A stretch of 64,000 nucleotides of DNA, from assembly GCA_024679065.1 (NCBI GenBank), contig JAGIQG010000002.1:93620001-93684000 (forward strand), written 5' to 3'. A model generated the notes under the pieces. It was given only the letters and a program-made list of their open reading frames with translations, was not told where the DNA came from and did no database searches. This DNA comes from Sphyrna mokarran. Lineage: Eukaryota. Of this stretch, positions 51,576-63,948 are shown piece after piece; position 1 is the stretch's first letter, and the number at the start of each line of letters is the position of its first letter. Both the position numbers and the translations under genes were made by a program.

Positions 51576-52094
51576 GATCTGTATTGAATAAATCCATTCA
51601 ACACGATAATGGCAAAACTAGTATATAGTTGACCAACTCTGTAACACAATAATCCGATGAAGACATCCGGTGTCCCTTTAATTGATTTTGCTTAGACTCA
51701 ACATGCATGGAAAGCCAAGGAAGGGAGAAGACATGCATGTTGGTCTATTGAACAGGAGACGCTGAAGGAGCAAAGTAATCTGTTTGGGAGTGTCTTCCAG
51801 GTCATTTACCATGTCAAACGGTTCAGCCAATCTGATGACATCAGTGAGTCCCCTGATGAGAGCAGCAGTTTTAGGGGAACATGTGGATTGTGGAGTCTTA
51901 CTCTGCTGACTCCCGCAATCCAGGTTGAAGTGTTTGACATCCCAGAATGTATCTAACAAAAATCTTTCGCAGGTAGAATCTATGTCAGTTCATGCCCTCT
52001 TAGGAATCTGTGGACATATTCAATGGGTAGTAGTCTGTCCTGGTTTCTTAGCATAGGGTTTTCTTGGTGACCTCTTGCCTGCATGGTAGGGATT

Positions 52095-52165
52095 TTTCAA
52101 GAGCAACTAGGGATGGATAAAAAGTGCTAGTCAGAGACAATCATATCCCATGAACAAATAGATCA
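52095..52165 (+). mobile_element. LINE/SINE 3' tail (6970-type)
   Basis: caagagcaactagggatggataaaaagtgctag...atcccatgaacaaata. Confidence 0.6.
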
Positions 52166-52607
52166 ATATTATTATCTTCCTACTTCCATACACTCTTCAG
52201 TGCAACCAGGTTGGATCTGGAAGCAATCACCGTAAAGTGGTTCGTAAAGCAGTGCAATATTCTCCTCGAATGAATGTTCACTACTGTACAGTTCAAGAAA
52301 GGAATGAAAGACAGCCTTGGACATAGGTTGGAATATATACAGGATGGTCTCAACCTTATGCTGATTTAGGTTAATGCCAAATAATCTAACTAGGAATCCT
52401 ACAAAGGTGACACAACCTGTCCTCATTGGGCCTAACGTGAATGGACCTGCAGTCCAGTTCCAAAAAGCAGCTGCAATGATTCTTATAAAAGAGCTAAATG
52501 CTGGACATTGTCTGTGGTGGCAAGGAGAAAATCAGTGATATATCGAAGCAAGCTGGCAAACTGTGGAAGTTCATTACAGCCTCTGAAAGGTTATCAACTT
52601 CAAACAT

Positions 52608-53760
52608 TGGCCCAGATTTTTATGGAATTATGAAACACTGCAGAGCTTTAAAAATGATAGCCAGGACCCAGATATGGAAGTCTTACCCCATTTCTGACAT
52701 ATTCTATTTTTTGCCAGTAGCAGGAAGGGGCAAAGTGTCATACACAGAAAACACAAACTCAGAGCCATTTCAAGTCAGTGCTGAATTCAAACAAACCCAA
52801 GTTTCATGAAGTAAGTGATTTAACTCACAATGTGGGAGTCACATTTTTTAAAACTAAGGGTAAATGCTCTTCAAGAGTAATTAAGACCCATAGAATTGCC
52901 ATGATGCGAAGTTACTTAAATCACCAGCCCTATAAACATTGAATTAAAAAAAAACTGGCAGCTGGTGTTATTGAGAGTTGAATAAACTCTATTGCAGCAT
53001 TTACAATAGATATCTAATGATATTTCTCCAAGGGCTATCATTACACCATTATGAATGCTTGGCTGCTTTCCACAACCTTTAATTATCTCAGCTGGAAGAC
53101 TCCTAAATTTAAAATTTGATTGACAGCATGAAAGGTTGTTAAGGGATCGGTTGTCTTTAATATGGAGTTGGCAATAAAGGTGTGTTTATTTTTCTAAGGG
53201 ATTAAATACTTGAGGATATTTTAAAGTTATGAAGGGCTTTTGCAACTAGGAGTTTTTTTTGTGATATAGCGATGACTGTAATAGATGTTTAGACCTTTGT
53301 TTGATTTCATCTCAACATGGATCCTGTGATCTTCTATGATGAATACTAGATGAATTGGCATGGAGGGTGTAAGAGCTAAGAGTATGGCATGAGTTGGCAC
53401 GGACGCTGTAAGAGGAAATGGGGAAGAGTGTGTACCTGGGTTGGCATTTAGTCAGCATGGAAGCATGGATGTGGCATTGGCAATGGGTTGTTAGTGATGG
53501 AGTGCAAGGGGTGAGGGGTAGAGAGCCTAAATTTAATGAAACAAGTCCCAGAAACTATGGCAAGCCTTTAAACAGCTCACCTCTGTAATCCCAGTGGCCT
53601 CCTTTGATCAAGATACAGCAGCAAGGTCACCTCTACCTCTCAAATGCCACCCTCCCTCATCCTACCATGTCTCCATTTTGAGGAATTTCCCTCAAAGCGA
53701 GTGCAGTGAGCAGAATACCCTGCCTTGCATCGCCTATGTTTGGATCAAAATCCAGGTCTT
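52608..53760 (-). mobile_element. Non-autonomous TIR element related to the 20320/42862 family
   Basis: Ends ggcccagattttta and aaaatccaggtc. The internal ggcatggagggtg..ggcatgagttggca block is the reverse complement of the C-rich cccatgcc block in the other copies. Confidence 0.5.
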
Positions 53761-54522
53761 TGACTCTGGTTTTTCTCCTCACAGAATCTGTCAGACCTAC
53801 TGAATATTTTAGATCCTCTCAGATCTTGCTAATAAAATATATTGGCCTAGTTAAGTATTCATGTAAAAATAATGTAGTGCTTTCAAAACATGAAATATGC
53901 CAGAGTTCTAGTTTACCAGATAGGCTTCCCCATTTGTATAAAAAGAAATAAGAATTGATGCGTACAAACCTATCAGGACAACAGCAAATTTAAATCCAGA
54001 TCCCTGCTCTTCACCCCATTCCATATTTCATTCTTTCTCCTTGGGACAATCAGGAAAATAAAATTATAAGATGTACTTAAAAATAAATTGCTAACAATAA
54101 CTCAGCAAGTTCAAAGGCACACTCCTTTGACATGAATTGCAGGAGAAAATTGCAAATTAGCAAATTGTTCATCTGCAGAAATGTTTCTCTGCAGGAAATC
54201 TAAATGCCTTGGTTTTTAATTTGATTCAATGCACATATTTCGAAGTAAGAAATACTTAGATGGGCACATGAACAGAATGGCAATGGAGGGGTATAGAAAA
54301 CTGATTTAAAATAGGGATCATGAGCCTTGGGAGTTCCTGGGAAGTGTATAAATAGATGATGATATTGATGTACTTGTTTTTATCCTACAGGTGCTTTGGT
54401 TTACCTTGTCGTCTAACAAGGGGCATACACGAGATGGGTCGTGAGAGGGCTGCTCTTGGATTTTTTTCAAGAGTATCCTAGTGCTTCACGTTGTTAGTGT
54501 ACGCTTGACCTGGACCATTTGA

Positions 54523-54846
54523 TGGGCAACACAACAGCTCAGTGACTATCGCTGTGCTATGCAGATACATAGATTTGGGCCTGTGTCTGTGGGAGTTTGC
54601 GCATTCTCCCCGTGCTTGCTTGGGTTTTCTCCAGGTGCTCTGGTTTCCTCCCACATCCCAAAGATGTGCTCTTAGGCTAATTGGAAAAACAAATTCTCCC
54701 TAAATTGTCTCAAATTTGGTTTTAATGCATAGATCTATAAACATAGACAGGGATCATGGGTAGAGGTGAGAACATCGGGGTGGCGGCGTGGGCTCGTTGG
54801 GCCAAAGGGCCTGTTTCCCGTGCTGTTTTGTTCTTTGTTCTTTGTA
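54523..54846 (+). mobile_element. V-SINE, tail type C, full length
   Basis: gggcaacacaacagctcagtg head, V-domain, distinct spacer and CR1-like tail ending in gttcttt repeats. Confidence 0.85.
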
Positions 54847-55021
54847 TCATGGGTTTGTATTCCTACATGCTTCTCTGCCATATCACACACCTTGTTTTTA
54901 AAATAATTTTTATTAATTTTGTGATGATATAATTGCAGTTGAAATTTATATTAAAAAGTTACTTAATTTATGCATCTAAATCACTGAAGCAATTATCTTA
55001 TTAATGAATATTAATTATTCA

Positions 55022-55838
55022 TGAACCATAGAACACTACAGCATTTGGCCCTTCTTGGCTGTGCCGAACCATTTTTCTACCTACTCCCACGGACCTACAC
55101 CTGGAAATATCCCTCCACACCCCTCTCATCCATGTATTTGTCCAAGTTTTTCTTAAAGTTTAGAAGTGAGCCCACATTTACCACTTCATCTGGCAGCTCA
55201 TTACACACTCCCACCATTCTCTGTGTGAAGAAGCCCCCTCTAATATTCCCTTTAAGCTTTTCCCCCTTCACCCTTAGCCAAAGTACTCCAGTTTTTTTCT
55301 CCTCTAGCCTCAGTGGAAAAAGCCTGCTTGCATTCATTCTATCTATACCCATCATAATTTTATACACCCGTATCAAATCTCCCCTCATTCATCTATGCTC
55401 CAGGGAATAAAGTCCTAACCTTTTCAACCTTTCTCTGTAATTCAGTTTCTCAAGTCCCGGCAACATCATTGTAAACTTTCTCTGCAGTCCTCCAACCTTA
55501 TTAATATCCTTGCTATAATTAGGTGACCAAAACTGCACACACAATACTCTAAATTCAGTCTCGCTAATGTCTTATACAACCTCATCATAACGTTCCAACT
55601 CTTGTACTCAATACTTTGATTTATAAAGGCCAGTGTACCAACAGCATTCTTTATGACGTATTTACCTGTGACGCCACTTTTTGGGAATTATGTATCTATA
55701 TTCCCAGATCTCTCTGTTCTACTGCACTCTTCAGTGTCCTACCATTTACCTTGTATATTCTACCTTGGTTTGTTCTTCCAAAGTGTAATACTTCACACTT
55801 GTCTGTGTTAAAATCCATCTGCCATTTTTCAGCCCATG
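55022..55838 (-). mobile_element. CR1 LINE 3' portion (relatively young)
   Basis: ORF 55095-55388 MRGDLIRVYKIMMGIDR...FFTQRMVGVCNELP. W.MDFNTDKCEVLHFG lies near 55780-55830. Confidence 0.92.
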
Positions 55839-55842
55839 AAGT

Positions 55843-56145
55843 TTAAGTTTATATATTAGTGTCATTCTAATTGTCACAAGTTAGTGTCACAAGTTAGCTT
55901 ACTTTAACATTGCAATGAAGTTACTGTGAAAATCCCCTAGTCTCCACACTCCAGCACCTGTTTGGGTACAGTGAGGGAGAATTTAGCACGGTCAAAGCAC
56001 CTAACCAGCATGTCTTTCAGACTGTGAAAAGAAACCAGAGCACCTGGAGGAAACCCACGTAGACATGGGCAGAATGTGCAGCCATCGCACAGTCACCCAA
56101 GCCTGGAATCACACCTGTGAGGCAGCACTGTTAACCACTGTGCCA
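55843..56145 (-). mobile_element. HE1-like V-SINE, tail type B
   Basis: tgcaatgaagttactgtgaaaatcccctag tail plus V-domain and head. Confidence 0.88.
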
Positions 56146-57179
56146 GATACACTGGGTGACTGGTTGTCATTTAACTGTGACCCAGAACAGACATTATACT
56201 TTTCTCATTAATTGATCTTATGTAATGGAAATAATGGATTTACAGGATTCATTTAGACCCTGATACTAACCCTGTTGAATATTATTTATTCGAGTTAAAA
56301 GTTTATTCCCTCCTACCCGTGTATTAATTTTCTTAAAGACACACTTCCTCCAGTCATTAAAAGAATAATATCCTAATTATTAGACAAAACAAATCTCCTG
56401 TAAAAAACACTTATCTTCTGAAGGCTATGGATTCATTTTTAACTGTCCTGTATATAATCTACAAATTATGGCTTTCCACAATGAGAATGGACAAAGATGA
56501 ATTACAGGATGTACATAGCATGTATGATGCTAAGATAAAAGCAGTGTGATTGGAGAGAGACATTACAAGATTGATTCTGTACTTAAGAGAAAATGATTCT
56601 GGAAATCAAGCCTCAAGTTTCCTGATTGCACTTAATGCAGAATTTACATCCAGATTTCCACAGGTTTCGACACCAACCTCGCCGATAGAAATTTATGTTG
56701 AAATTTTCTGCAGAACTCATTTGCCTAAGCCAGAAGCCAAAAAAAAGACACGAAGCAAATACGAGTGCAACACCATCACTGGGGTCATTGTGAGAGGGCT
56801 TCTGTCTTTTGCTAAGGCGCATTAAGTAAAATGCATTAGCAATTAACATAACAAATGTACTTGCTTAAATTGAAAGCACAGATTTTATTTATGTTCCAGT
56901 TAATCCTTGTTGCATTGCTCAGGGACCAGATGACAAGAGGTGAAGTTACCAATTAAGTTGAGAGAGGAGTTAATTATTAATTTTATAGAGGAAATACTTG
57001 ATTTCAAAAATGTACTATGTGGATTTTCTTAAACTTAATTAGCTATAGTTAGAAAATTAATAATAAAACTGAGTAAATCAAACTTAGTGAATTATCAAAG
57101 AGCCTTAGTTGTCCCACCTTCGTATTTACAATGTTCTTGATTACCTGTGAACATTTTCACAAGAGACCTATCAGAGTCA

Positions 57180-57682
57180 AAGAACATAAGAAAGTAAGAA
57201 ATTGGAGTAGGAGTAGACTATCCAGCCCCTCGAGCCTGCCCTGCCATTCAATAAGATCATGGCTTATCTGCAGTGGTTCAGTACCACTTCCCGCTTTCTC
57301 CCCGTAACCCTTAATTCCCTTGTCGATCAAAAACCTATCCACTCTTGACTTAAATACATTCAGCGAGGAAGCCTCCACCACTTCAACAGGCAGAGAATTC
57401 CAAAGATTCACCACTCTTTCCGTGAAAAAATTCCTCCTCAACTCTGATTTGAAATCCCCCACCAATCTTGATGCTGTGCTTTCTAGTCCTGCTATCTTTG
57501 CTAAGCAGGAAGAGTCTCTCAATCTCTACCCTATCCATCCCTTCATTATCTTAAAATTCTCTATAAGATCTCCTCTCAGCCTTCTAAACTCCAACGAGTA
57601 CAATCCTAGCCTATTTACTCTCTCCTCATAATCCAACGCCCTCATCTCCGGTATCAGCCTAGTGAACCTTCTCTGCATCCTC
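57180..57682 (-). mobile_element. CR1 LINE 3' portion
   Basis: ORF 57157-57522 FKSELRRNFFTERVVNLWNSLP...DRFLIDKGIKGYG, and a CR1 3' UTR with agaacataaga tail. Confidence 0.92.
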
Positions 57683-58224
57683 CTATTAACTCTGGCCATC
57701 CTCCTATTCTTTATATATTTATAAAAAATTTATTGTCACTTTTGATATTTCGAGTTAGTTTAGCCTCATATTCTATTTTTCCTTTTTTAATCATCTTCTT
57801 AGTCATTCTTTGCTGTTGTTTAAAAGCTGTGCATGTTGATTAAGGCAAAGAAAATGTGCCCTCATTATTGTTCTCTGCAGTAACAAATTATCTTGTTATT
57901 TAACACCACTCTGAAAGTGTTAAATAACACATGAATATGAGGGCAACTGAATTTACAGATTTTCCTTCACTGTAATGCATGCATGAAAATGTTCTCACTT
58001 TCATGCAGCTGTCAGAAAATTTGCAACACAGCATTTCTTTTGCTATTCATATTTGATGTGTTATTCATTCAACTCCCCTTGTTATTGAAAACTTAAAAGT
58101 CAGTCAAAATGTAACTTTCTGGATTAATTTCAGATGATTTTGTCAGTTTGCCTTTTCCCCAAATTACTGGGTGTGTCTAATATTTTAATTCACCCTACCT
58201 GCTGATATAGCTTCTGTCATTTTA

Positions 58225-58492
58225 AAGTTTATTTATTAGTAACAAGTAACGCTTACATTAACACGACAATGAAGTTACTGTGAAATTCCCCTAGTCGCCA
58301 CATTCCAGTGCTTGTTTGGGTCAATACAACTAACCAGCATGTTTTTCTGACAGTGGAAGGAAACTGGAGCACCTGGAGGAAACCCATATCGACACGGGGA
58401 GAACGTGCAAATTCCACACACACCGTGACCCAATCCAGGAATTGAACCTAGGTCCCTGGCACTGTGAGGCAGAAGTACTAACCACTGTGCCA
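58225..58492 (-). mobile_element. HE1-like V-SINE, tail type B
   Basis: aaagtttatttattagt...aatgaagttactgtgaaattcccctagtcgccac tail, and head ...taaccactgtgcca. Confidence 0.88.
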
Positions 58493-60047
58493 ATGGGATT
58501 CCTGAATATTCAACAGTTTCTATTTTCTTCATTGGATGTTTGGGGGTGAATCTTATTACTTTATGCAACAACTGAGTTTCTGCCAAATGGATAACTACCT
58601 AAAATGTATTATAAAGGTGAATGGGTAGTTGGGAAAATAGATGGATGAAAAAAGTGGATAGTGCCATACAAAGATTGAATATTCAGGTAGAAAATGAAGA
58701 TGCATGACCTCCCCTAATATTTAAGTTTCCAAAGCTTTCCACACAGTTGGGAGAACTGAAAAATCTATTTGGTTCACAAAGTGTAGACATATTTCTTGTC
58801 ATAAAACCTTTGCAAAATCTCTCTCTGAATTTCTCAGACCATGTGTAATAAAATGAGTTTAAATGATGCAGAGGACCACAGTGCCTCAAGCACTTTTGAA
58901 GTGATATTCCCAAGTTCAAAGCTGCTTTTCACTATAGCCCTGAAAAGTAATAACAGCTCTTAAAAAGGCTAACTTTTATGTCCAAATGCCAATGTCAGTG
59001 ATGCCTATCTAATCACTGCAATTATCGAGGTGCAAGATTATGCCAAACGGCCCGCTGAAACATTTCTGGAGCAATTATGTATGTTTTTCTCTTGGTCTCT
59101 TCCAATGTTTTAGGAAAACCTAAATCCAAAACATATTTACAAATAATCCTTAGGGGCATTCGTGAGTGTCTCACTGTTATCTATTATCTGTGTTTGAACA
59201 TACAGGACGTATGTGCTATATTAGGCTAAAGAGTAGTTTTTAAACAAAGGTCGCAACAAAGATGAAGATTGCTAATGAATAAAGTGAGTGATTGCAATGA
59301 AGGACGATTGCAGATATCTTTCACTGAAGAAGAGGGGGCAGGTAAAAGAGGTGCCTAATCGAATCACAATCTAATAATTGTGTGAGACAATACTGGAACA
59401 TCTTGAAAGCAAACGAATCCCTGTTTACCATGAAGAAAAGTGAATTAACCTTCAGTTTATGTATATCTGAACAGAATTCATGATAAAGATTCAAATAGAA
59501 ACTGTAGCCAAACAGAAAGTCTGCCCATCTGTAGTCATCTTGTTGCCAACAAAAATCTTTATTTCAATGTAAATCTTTAAAAATCAAGACAGACCTCCCT
59601 TGTCTTGGTGTGTAGTCCAGATTAATCATTGCTGCCAACAGTCAGCCTCCTTTAGTTATCCACGGAGAGCTGCAATTGATAAACTGTGCATACAGAGACA
59701 ATCGCACACACGCTTTCTGACATGTATCTTGGTGACATGTCTCCAGGGAATTTATATTCCATTTCTTTCTTTTTGCTCCAGGTCCTCACATGTAGAGATA
59801 TACATCTACTCAAACGCATGCACATAGTTACTACAGGGGAGGAGCCTTTAAAAAAATAACTATAGTCATTGGACCTCTAATGCAGTTGCATGTAAAAATG
59901 CTTAAATGAATCCACTGCTTTATTTCCTACTTTAAAGAGAGCTGAAGAGGAAGATCTTGCTGGAAGTCGACATCGTGTGTCATGTGCCATTAGACATTTT
60001 CCTGTGCGCTTAAGTTGGAATATACTTTACACTATAACCTGGATGGA

Positions 60048-60163
60048 TCGGCCTTTTGGCTAAGATCAAACATTGGATCGAGTCCAAGATTAGGGATAAT
60101 ACCTGTTCTTGTCAGCTTGGGCTTTGTATCTCTCTCTTGTGGGGACCATGAATTGGATTCAGA
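60048..60163 (+). pseudogene. U2 snRNA-derived sequence with altered branch-point recognition region
   Basis: tcggccttttggctaagatcaa (60048-60069) equals U2 nt about 9-30. tacctgttcttgtcagctt resembles U2 tatctgttcttatcagttt. tatctctctcttgtggggaccatgaatt resembles U2 tacgtcctctatccgaggacaatatatt. Confidence 0.8.
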
Positions 60164-60164
60164 T

Positions 60165-60421
60165 TGCCCCTTCCTGACTCACTAAAATCCTTCCGTTAGC
60201 TATAAGGTACGCATCAAGAGCATGATTGAATACTCTCTACTTGCCTGGGTGGTTCGAACAACACTGAAGGAACTTGACACCACACAGGCCAAGCAGTTTA
60301 CTTAATCAGGACTTTGTTTACTCACCTAAATATCCACTCTGTCTAGCATACCGTGCTTACAGTGTGTATGCAACAGGATGCACTACAGTGACATGACACA
60401 GCTTCTTGAGCAGCAGCTCCA
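60165..60421 (+). mobile_element. LINE ORF2 C-terminal fragment (CR1/L2 group)
   Basis: Degenerate YKVRIKSMIEYSLLAW and TTLKELDTTQAK motifs, resembling the YKAQVRS.MEY.PLAW..TTL.KLD.IQ.KA region of LINE ORF2. Confidence 0.7.
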
Positions 60422-61304
60422 GGTTTAGTTCTTAGCTGATGCAGACCAACTGATTAGAATCTCAGGTGCAGTTTAAATATTTATTCTGTACGTTGGCTTT
60501 GTAGCTTTGAGAAAGAAATACTTCTGAAAATAACCTGCACTATAACCTGCTGGAAATATGGGCTGATAATGGTTTGGCGAGAGCTACAGGGCACCTGGAA
60601 CATGACTGAATCATGGGACCAACAGTCTAGATTGGGAAAGAAACAGAAATGATGGAGCAGGGTAGTACTAATAAACGAATAATCAGAGGCAAAGAAAGAT
60701 TAGATCAAGAGAAAAAGAGGCACAAGGAAAAATGTAAATTTTTAAAATAAGAAACATTTACTATGAAAAGAAACTAAATCATTTAAGTTTTTACCTTTCC
60801 GGACTGGTGAGATTGATTGATATTGCTTTAATAATGATCACAATGTTCAAAGGGTAGTTGTACTATTAATTACCAGCCCGAACCTTATTTGGTAGTTAAT
60901 ATGCCAAACTCTTAAAAGCAGTGGAGAGGCTAAGGGTATGATGGGTTTATGTGAAACAGCAGATGTTGCTATTAATATGCAAATCAACCAGCAGGTTCGG
61001 AGATTTGCAACTCTCAGCATATCTTAATTCCCTGAATTTGTTAACCAATTTGGGCATTAATAACAATGTGTGTCCTCAACCAGCCGTTTTTCTTCAGCAA
61101 AATTTGGCCTATTAAAAATGAAATCAATGAAGAATAATTTTTATTAGTACAATCTTTGGCCTAAAGTTATAGCCCCGTTTGAGGCAGGCACAAATCCCTT
61201 TCTGGCCAGAAATTATCGACAGAGGTCCAGAACAGGATTTCTGTCAGGGAGGTTGCAGAATGAGATACTCCATGCCCACCTGCCCCCCCAGGAGGCAGGT
61301 CCGT

Positions 61305-61580
61305 GGGATGGCATGGTGGCACAGTGGTTAGCACTACTGCCTCAAAGCGCCAGGGACCCAAGTTCAATTCCCAGCTTGGATCACTGTCTGTGTGGAGTTT
61401 GGACGTTCTCCCTGTGTCTGCATGGGTTTCCTCCGGATTCCTTCCACAATCTAAAAGATGTGCTGGTTTGCTACATTAACCCAAACAGTTGCCAGACTTT
61501 TGTGACTAGGTGAGTTTCACAATAACTTCATTGCAGTGTTAATGTAAGCCTTACTTGTAACTAATAAATAAACTTTACTT
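61305..61580 (+). mobile_element. HE1-like V-SINE, tail type B
   Basis: ggcatggtggcacagtggttagcact head, V-domain and tail cattgcagtgttaatgtaagccttacttgtaactaataaataaacttt. Confidence 0.9.
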
Positions 61581-61687
61581 CGTAAGCAAATGCATAGCAG
61601 AAATTCTTTTCATGTGGCAGTGTGGGAGGCCAATGTCAACAAATGGAGAGAGTATGACAGAAACTCATACCTTTCCTTGATTTCTTA

Positions 61688-61985
61688 TGGGAGAAGGAAA
61701 GAAGAGGATGCAGACTATAGTATTACAGTCATAGTTAGGGTGTAGAGAAAGATCAATTTAATATAAAATAGTTCCATTCAAAAAACTGATGGCAGCAGGG
61801 AAGAAGCTATTCTTGAATTGGTTGGTACATGATTTTTGTATCTTTTTACCAACGGAAGAAGATGAAACAGAATATGTCCAGGGTGCCTGGGGTTCTTGAT
61901 TATGCTAGCTGCTTTGCCGAGGCAGCTGGTAATATAGACAGAGTCAATGGATGGGAAGTTGGTTTGCATGATGGGTTGGGCCGCG
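61688..61985 (-). mobile_element. Rex1/Babar LINE C-terminal fragment
   Basis: ORF 61778-62050 AQPIMQTNFPSIDSVYITSCLGKAASIIKNPRHPGHILFHLLP matches the Rex1 C-terminal motif. Confidence 0.85.
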
Positions 61986-62054
61986 AAACAACAAAGCACC
62001 CAGCTCCAATGGTATTCCAGCTGACAAGTTGAGTATCTATATCCAAACACTCAT

Positions 62055-62105
62055 TCACTCTCTCTTTCTCTCTCCCTCTCTGTCTCTCACCTTCTCTCTT
62101 TCTCA
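62055..62105. repeat. (CT)n-rich microsatellite
   Basis: ctctctctttctctctccctctctgtctctc... Confidence 0.7.
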
Positions 62106-62871
62106 ATCCCACCAAAGTCAATTATCATTTGTATTGCTCACCAGCAATAACACCAGTTGAGGTGGGTGCTTTTGGTGGAATCGGAAGATCCTGCTGGCGG
62201 GATACTTTATTTTTTGTTTCACTCTGTCTCTCTTTCCTTTAATCCAATCTTTCGATATCTTGTTTTAATTCTATTCCGTACCTGATTTGATATTGAAACT
62301 GCTCACTCCAATTTTCAGTTCTTGCCCATTCCTATACCTCAGTCCTTCAACTGGATCGCCTAAAAAGATATGCACTTGGTGCCCTGTTCACTCATCTGCC
62401 TTGTTTTGCTTTCTGTGTCACCTTCAGCTCACACTTGCAGTTGGAAAGTCAAATATATCCAATGACCGATGCTACTGCCAAATCTGAGCCAGTAATGTGA
62501 TTCCTCCTCAGTTCTACTTGTGCAGTCCAGGTTTTGACACAAAGGATCCTATTTTATCTGAGCAATATCTCCCGAAAATAACAAGTTGTTTCAGTGTCAG
62601 CTTTTGCTCAGCGGCCCCCCTGCCTTTGAATCAGAAGTTTAGGATTCAAGTTTCACTCTGGATAGTTTCAGCTGGGCTGACACGAATACTGGCCCAACGT
62701 GTGCAATGGTTCATACCCAGGAATGAGTTCAATAAAGCAGTGGTGACATTATTAAGCAGAAGAATGAACCTTCCAATCATCAACTACAACTTGACGAAAA
62801 GTTATTCAGATTTGAAACTATTATGTGACAAATGCCTGATCTTTACCGTTTTCATTCTAAGTGCTGAATCT

Positions 62872-63384
62872 GGGCGCAATTCAGATCCGACTTGGAAATC
62901 TGCTTCCAGGCACCTCCAGATGCACTTAGTTTGAAAAAAACCCTCACAAGTCTGAATTGCACTTCAGAGCTCTGAAGTGTGCATGCGCAGTTAGAAAAAA
63001 ATTTGAAAAAGCGCACCCATGTCAGATCACTCCTGGGCTGCAGAAAGCAGAGAAAGTGGTCCGGGAGCGACGGTCCCACACACATCACTGTCCCTCTTAT
63101 CATCCCACTTCCCCCTGCTACCCAGACTGATCGCAACCCCCTGCCTCCATCACCCCCACTGATCACCTATAGAGTGGCAATGGACCCCTCCGCCATCCCT
63201 CCATTGGTGAGCAATCAGGCCTTCTCTCCCCCCACCAGAGATACATGTTACCCGCCTCCCTCCTGCTGTACTATCCCTCCCCCCCCCCAAAACCAGATCT
63301 GGCCTCTCTCTCCTCTCCCCCATATGTAGATCTGACCCGCCTCCTTCTCCCTCTCCACTCCCTCACCAAAGAATGATCTGGCCC
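62872..63384. mobile_element. GC-rich non-autonomous TIR element (Harbinger-like)
   Basis: Starts gggcgcaattc and ends gaatgatctggccc, with a C-rich interior. Confidence 0.5.
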
Positions 63385-63385
63385 G

Positions 63386-63548
63386 TCTGAAGAGTCATCA
63401 GACTCAAAACTATAGCCTGTTGAAGAGTCATCCAGACTCAAAACATTGGCTCTATTCTCTCTCCACAGGTGTCATCAGACCTGCTGAGCTTTCGAGCATT
63501 TACTGGTTTTGTTTCAGATTCCAGCATTCGCAGTCATTTGCTCTTATT
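63386..63548 (+). mobile_element. Penelope-type terminal segment with duplicated hammerhead-like core
   Basis: tgaagagtcat(c)cagactcaaaac occurs twice, then ctctctccacag...cagacctgctgagc...tttcagattccagca, as in 43715-43795. Confidence 0.65.
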
Positions 63549-63948
63549 ACTATAACCTGATATTAGACTACACTGTTGGAATAGCTTCATACTTGTTTCT
63601 AGGCATGTACACACTTCCATGAAAACCCCGTAACTATTTTAATTCTTTGTTGGGAGTGGAGGGGAGGGGAGGGGAAAGAATGCTATTTTGTTTTGGGTCA
63701 GTTTTTTTCTTGTTGCCACGTATTTTCAATTCACATGACTGTTATCGCTATACATATTACTGAAGAGGATGGGAGATTATAGCATCATACTTGGTTTTAC
63801 CAACAGTTGATTGGTAGAAAATTGGTTCCCAGAATATATTGCGTTTAATAAATATTAGTTGGATTTATAAAAATAGGAACTATTAAGATTGCATTCAGCT
63901 TTGAGGCAAACCTGTTTTTAACTGAATTGCTATAATGCTATTTTTCAG

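Noticed and set aside
54350-54470. snoRNA or extra exon (atgatga box, acceptor tcctacag, hairpin ccttgt-acaagg)
   Set aside because: No matching D box with terminal stem, no convincing donor, and no RBMS3-like translation.
61305-61380. tRNA gene
   Set aside because: This is the tRNA-derived head of a SINE. It continues into the V-domain and lacks a full cloverleaf.
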